This document shows, one piece after another, positions 30,363 to 34,298 of a stretch of DNA of 34,298 nt. How positions within the stretch are numbered: position 1 is the stretch's first letter; each line of letters begins with the position of its first letter. Under the pieces are notes generated by a model, which searched no databases, was not told where the DNA came from, and worked only from the letters and a program-made list of their open reading frames with translations. The DNA comes from Chloroflexota bacterium (GTDB taxonomy: Bacteria; Chloroflexota; Anaerolineae; UBA4142), in NCBI GenBank assembly GCA_016865935.1, contig VGOB01000030.1, positions 1 to 34,298 of the forward strand. The letters are read 5' to 3'. Both the position numbers and the translations under genes were made by a program.

Positions 30363-33300
30363 ATGCCCAAAATAGATCAAGCCACCTACGAAGATCGCAA
30401 GATGCGCGTGTTTTTGACGTTGCGCCGTTATCCGAACGGGTTGACTGAAGCCGACCTGGAACAAGACACTGGCTTGAATCGTCGCACGCTCAACAACTAT
30501 TTGCGCGCGTTAGAGACGGAAGGCAAGATTTACAAGGACGGCTTGACCTGGGCAGCCTTACCCTTCGATGAACTGCGCCTACGCCAATTTGAACTCTCGC
30601 CCGAAGAAGCGATGACGTTGTATCTGGCGACGCGCTTGCTCGCCAAGCAGCACGACAAGCGGAACGAACCTGCCGAAACTGCGCTGATGAAACTCGCAGC
30701 GGCGTTGAAGACGAACAAGATCGCAGGGGATGAAATCCATCAAGCCGCGCAAGAACTGGCGCAACGTCCGCAACAAGGCGAGTACGATCTGGTTTTTCGC
30801 GCGGTGATGCAAGCGTACATCTATCGCCGCATGCTCCGCATCACGTACGAGCCGCTGAATCGGAAAGCATTCGAGACGGATTTTTCGCCGTACCTCATCG
30901 AGCCGTCGGCGATTGGATTCACGACGTACGCGATCGGTCACAGCAGTATTGTCAACGCGACGCGAACGTACAAACTGGAACGCATCAAAGCGGCGGCGCT
31001 GACGCGGCAAGAGTACGTCATCCCGCGCGAGTTTCGCGGCTTGGATGTGCTGAAAAGCGCGTGGTCGGTGATCTACGGCGAGAACTTGCTCACGGTTGTC
31101 TTACGTTTCAGCCCGAACGTTCGCAAGCGCGTCGAGGAAACGCGCTGGCATTTTTCCGAAGCGAAGCGCGACGACCCCGCCAAGCCAGGTTATTTGCTGT
31201 GGCAAGCGCAAGTCGCAGACACGACGGATATGCTGCCGTGGGTGCGCGGCTGGGGCGCGGATTGTGAGGTGGTGGAGCCGAGGGAGTTGCGGAACGCGCT
31301 TACGCGTGAGGCGCGGGAGTTGGCGGAGATGTATAAGGTGATGGAGGCGGGGAAAAATCAGATTCAATATTATGCCCATTCCAAAAAAGGAAAAGACAAA
31401 TCCGAATGGCAACCATTGATCGCACATTTGACGAACTCGGCAAATTTAGCCGAGAAGTTTGGCGCAGATGCAGGAATCTCCGAACTGGCGCGCACGGCGG
31501 CTTTGATACACGATCTTGGTAAATATTCCAAAGCATTTCAAGCGCGGTTGGATGGTTCGCCGCGCAAGGTAGATCATGCCACGGCGGGAGCGAGGGAAGC
31601 CACAAGTCTATTCAACCAAAATCAAAATCAAAGATGGCTTGCCACAATGCTGGCTTATTGTGTTGCAGGACATCACACGGGACTGCCAGATTTCGGCAGC
31701 GCGATTGATGTAGAAACCGATGCCACGTTGTCGACTCGGCTTGACCCAAACAAAAAGACACTGGAAGATTTCAGCGCGTACAAAACTGAATTAGACCTTG
31801 CCACATTGACTCTGCCTCCCAACTTGAAAATCCGTCCCGACAAAGAGCGCCCAGGATTTTCGCTCGCCTTTTTCACGCGGATGTTGTACTCCACATTGGT
31901 AGACGCGGACTTTCAAGAAACTGAAACCTACATGAACGACGGCGAAAAGCCGCGCGGTGAATATCCAAGCATTGAAGAATTGTGCCAGAAATTCAATACC
32001 CATTTACGGAAATTCGACAACCCCGAAGGCGACATCAACAGAAAGCGGACAGAGACCCTGAAAACTTGTATCGCGAAAGCCGATTCTGAACAAGGATTCT
32101 TCACGCTCACCGTTCCAACGGGCGGCGGCAAGACGCTGGCTTCGATGGCGTTTGCGTTGAATCACGCGGTCAAGCATGGACTGAAACGGATCATCTACGT
32201 CATTCCGTTTACTACCATCATCGAGCAAAACGCGGGTGTGTTTAAAGAATGTTTGGGCGAGCAAAATGTCCTTGAACATCATTCCAACTTCGATTGGAAT
32301 CCGATGCGGGAAGCTAGTCCAGAGTCCGCCGACAATGAGACAAACGATGTCTTGAGTAAACTAAAATTGGCTTCGGAGAATTGGGATATTCCGATTGTAG
32401 TCACGACCAACGTGCAATTCTTCGAGTCGTTGTTTGCCAACAAATCCTCGCGGTGCCGCAAACTGCACAACCTTGCCAAAAGCGTCATCATTTTTGACGA
32501 AGCGCAAATGTTGCCGCGTGAATATCTAGATCCTTGTATGTTAGCAGTGAAAGAGTTGGTTCAGAACTACGGCGCGAGCACGGTCTTTTGTACGGCGACA
32601 CAACCCGCGTTGGACAAGCGTCTGCCTGGCGTGAAATTCATAGACCTGGTTCCCGATTCGCAAGCGTTGTTCGATTTCTACAAACGAGTGCAGATCAAGA
32701 ATCTTGGCAAGGTCCCAGACGCTGAGTTGATTGAAAAGATGAATGCTCATCCGCAGGTACTGTGCATTGTCAACACGCGCCGACATGCCAAGGGGCTATT
32801 TGACGGTCTTACGGGTGAAGGTAGTTTCCATCTTTCCACGCTGATGTGCCCCGCGCATCGCAAAGAAAAATTACTGGAGATTCGGAAACGACTCAAAACA
32901 GCGCAAGCTTGCCGCGTGATTTCTACCCAGGTGATGGAAGCGGGCATTGATGTTGATTTTCCTGTTGGCTTTCGCGCTCTCGCTGGATTGGACTCTATCG
33001 TCCAGGCGGCAGGACGTGTCAACCGAAACAAGAATAATCCGATGGGAGATGTGTTCGTCTTCGCGCCTGAAACACCGTTCATCAAAAAAACACCCGCGTT
33101 CATCAAGCAAGGCGCGAGCGTGGCGGAGAGCATCCTGCGGGATTACGCTGACAACCCTGATTCCATTCAGGCAATCAACGCATATTTCTCAATGCTCTAC
33201 AATCTTCAAGATAGCGGAGCATTCGACGCGAAAAAGATTCTTTCGTTTTTCGACAAGCAGACAGGCGAATTGGATTTCGATTTCAAAACAGCGGCAGAGA

Positions 33301-33602
33301 ATTTCAGGTTGATTGAAAACAATCAGGTCGCCGTTGTCATTCCTTATAAGGACGAGGCGAGAGAAATCCTTGAACAGGCGCGTTATCATCCCTACCCATT
33401 CAAGTTCGCGAGACAGTTGCAAACATACACCGTCAACATTTATCAAAACGAATTTGAAAAATTACAAAGCAAAGGAGTGATTGAAACATGTAACGAAACC
33501 TATCAAGTCCTTACTGTGGCTGGCATGAAAGAGTTTTACAATGAGAACACGGGGCTCGTCCTTCCTGCCGATGTCGGCGGTGAGGCGGTGTTCTTCGACT
33601 AG
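30363..33602 (+). CDS. cas3: Cas3 (HD nuclease + SF2 helicase) translationally fused to an N-terminal HTH-WYL-WCTD regulator module (type I-C locus)
   Basis: Residues ~1-320 hold a winged HTH, a WYL domain (YLIEPSAIGFTTYAIGHSSIVNATRTYKLERIKAAAL) and a WCTD-like region, with no stop codon before MEAGKNQIQYYAHS. After that come the HD motif (HDLGKYS), helicase motif I (TVPTGGGKTLASM) and motif II (IIFDEAQML), and a Cas3 C-terminal domain. Confidence 0.8.
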   Translation: MPKIDQATYEDRKMRVFLTLRRYPNGLTEADLEQDTGLNRRTLNNYLRALETEGKIYKDGLTWAALPFDELRLRQFELSPEEAMTLYLATRLLAKQHDKRNEPAETALMKLAAALKTNKIAGDEIHQAAQELAQRPQQGEYDLVFRAVMQAYIYRRMLRITYEPLNRKAFETDFSPYLIEPSAIGFTTYAIGHSSIVNATRTYKLERIKAAALTRQEYVIPREFRGLDVLKSAWSVIYGENLLTVVLRFSPNVRKRVEETRWHFSEAKRDDPAKPGYLLWQAQVADTTDMLPWVRGWGADCEVVEPRELRNALTREARELAEMYKVMEAGKNQIQYYAHSKKGKDKSEWQPLIAHLTNSANLAEKFGADAGISELARTAALIHDLGKYSKAFQARLDGSPRKVDHATAGAREATSLFNQNQNQRWLATMLAYCVAGHHTGLPDFGSAIDVETDATLSTRLDPNKKTLEDFSAYKTELDLATLTLPPNLKIRPDKERPGFSLAFFTRMLYSTLVDADFQETETYMNDGEKPRGEYPSIEELCQKFNTHLRKFDNPEGDINRKRTETLKTCIAKADSEQGFFTLTVPTGGGKTLASMAFALNHAVKHGLKRIIYVIPFTTIIEQNAGVFKECLGEQNVLEHHSNFDWNPMREASPESADNETNDVLSKLKLASENWDIPIVVTTNVQFFESLFANKSSRCRKLHNLAKSVIIFDEAQMLPREYLDPCMLAVKELVQNYGASTVFCTATQPALDKRLPGVKFIDLVPDSQALFDFYKRVQIKNLGKVPDAELIEKMNAHPQVLCIVNTRRHAKGLFDGLTGEGSFHLSTLMCPAHRKEKLLEIRKRLKTAQACRVISTQVMEAGIDVDFPVGFRALAGLDSIVQAAGRVNRNKNNPMGDVFVFAPETPFIKKTPAFIKQGASVAESILRDYADNPDSIQAINAYFSMLYNLQDSGAFDAKKILSFFDKQTGELDFDFKTAAENFRLIENNQVAVVIPYKDEAREILEQARYHPYPFKFARQLQTYTVNIYQNEFEKLQSKGVIETCNETYQVLTVAGMKEFYNENTGLVLPADVGGEAVFFD

Positions 33603-33619
33603 AAAGGAGGTTCACCCTA

Positions 33620-34209
33620 TGGGCTACGGAATCAAAATCCGAGTGCGTGGCGAGTATGCCCTGTTTACCCGCCCTGAAATGAAAGTGGAGCGTGTGAGTT
33701 ACGACATCATCACGCCTTCGGCGGCACGTGGAATCATCGAAGCGGTGTACTGGAAGCCAGCCATCCGCTGGGTGATAGATAAAATCCACGTGTTGAACGG
33801 AATCGAGTTCACTAACATTCGGCGCAATGAGGTAAGCGAGAAGGCGTCCGAAAGTGAAGCACGGCGGCGGATGAACGGCGCAACTGATCCATTTTATTTG
33901 TCCGCAACAGACGCCCGCCAACAACGCGCCGCGCTCGTGCTGAAAAACGTGGATTACATCATCGAAGCGCACTTCAAATTGACCGACAAGGCAGGCGCGG
34001 AGGACACAGTTGAAAAGCACTACAACATTATCCTGCGCCGCTTGCGCAAGGGACAGCATTTCCACGCGCCTTGTTTGGGAACGCGCGAGTTTGGCGCAAA
34101 GGTGGAATTGATCGAAGATGATGCGCCAATGCCGCCAAGCCCGCTTGGAAATCTGGAGTTGGGTTGGATGTTAGACATTATTAAAAATAGGGATAAAATG
34201 TATGCATGA
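33620..34209 (+). CDS. cas5c: Cas5c (Cas5d, type I-C pre-crRNA endoribonuclease subunit)
   Basis: MGYGIKIRVRGEYALFTRPEMKVERVSYDIITPSAARGIIEAVYWKPAI is the characteristic Cas5d N-terminus. AGGAGG RBS. Confidence 0.8.
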
Positions 34210-34298
34210 CCAAATACACCGAGTTGAAACGAGACCGCCGCAAGTTTCTTGCGCTGACCGGATTAACCCTCAAAGAGTTCCAAGCACTATTGCCCGCA
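34205..34298 (+). CDS. partial ORF at window edge; N-terminus resembles a transposase HTH (LTGLT..EF..LLP type) rather than Cas8c
   Basis: MTKYTELKRDRRKFLALTGLTLKEFQALLPA... overlaps the cas5c stop (ATGA). Only 31 aa are visible. Confidence 0.3.

Noticed and set aside
31300-31350. Treating WYL regulator and Cas3 as two separate genes
   Set aside because: No stop codon exists in-frame between them in this sequence, so I report a fusion. A sequencing-error explanation cannot be excluded from sequence alone.
1-34298. CRISPR array
   Set aside because: No series of 28-37-bp direct repeats with unique spacers anywhere. The only tandem repeats are ~95 bp x2 (29302-29490), 48 bp x2 (28904-29023), hexamer SSRs and protein-coding repeats. 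The array of this I-C locus must lie beyond cas2, outside the window.

Overview
This window reads as a mosaic accessory region, probably Gram-positive or Chloroflexi-like at about 57% GC, and no CRISPR array is visible in it. I found seven parts, left to right.

(1) Bases 216-3444 hold a small plus-strand cluster: a coiled-coil membrane protein, an SPFH/band-7-like protein, a bacterial-PH plus double-zinc-ribbon protein, and a DUF4062-like plus GAF protein. Two copies of a roughly 100-nt structured palindromic element sit in it, and their stems differ by compensatory base changes.

(2) A 5'-truncated tyrosine-integrase remnant at 3598-3861, a PIN/VapC toxin-antitoxin pair and an excisionase-like HTH gene follow; these suggest an island boundary.

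(3) A plus-strand module of about 10.5 kb (roughly 5390-16135) looks like an integrated filamentous-phage (inovirus-like) genome. It has a Rep_trans-type initiator, a Zot/pI-like P-loop NTPase and a pIII-like adsorption protein with Gly/Pro-Thr linkers and a C-terminal anchor. It also has many tiny coat-like membrane proteins and an expanded paralog family sharing a coat-like N-terminal helix. A non-coding cluster of GACACGAAA repeats closes the module.

(4) A minus-strand early-gene module at 16136-26691 encodes a J-domain protein, a sigma-70-like factor, a DUF4326 protein and an HTH_36 replication initiator with iterons inside the gene. It also holds a 1.25-kb non-coding region that resembles a replication origin and a (CTCCTT)n microsatellite.

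(5) A regulatory and integration module follows: LuxR-type and LexA-like regulators and an intact tyrosine integrase at 27849-28766. They abut a 47-nt 3' half of tRNA-Gly(GCC) at 29039-29085, which I read as an att-core duplicate. Arrays of TCCGTGAT motifs lie on both sides.

(6) Two HTH regulators follow.

(7) The window ends with the start of a type I-C cas operon. Its cas3 is translationally fused to a complete HTH-WYL-WCTD regulator (1079 aa), then cas5c. The last, partial ORF resembles a transposase N-terminus rather than cas8c.

The items I consider most novel are the WYL-Cas3 fusion, the inovirus-like element with its coat-domain paralog expansion, the covarying structured repeat, and the repeat and iteron architecture.
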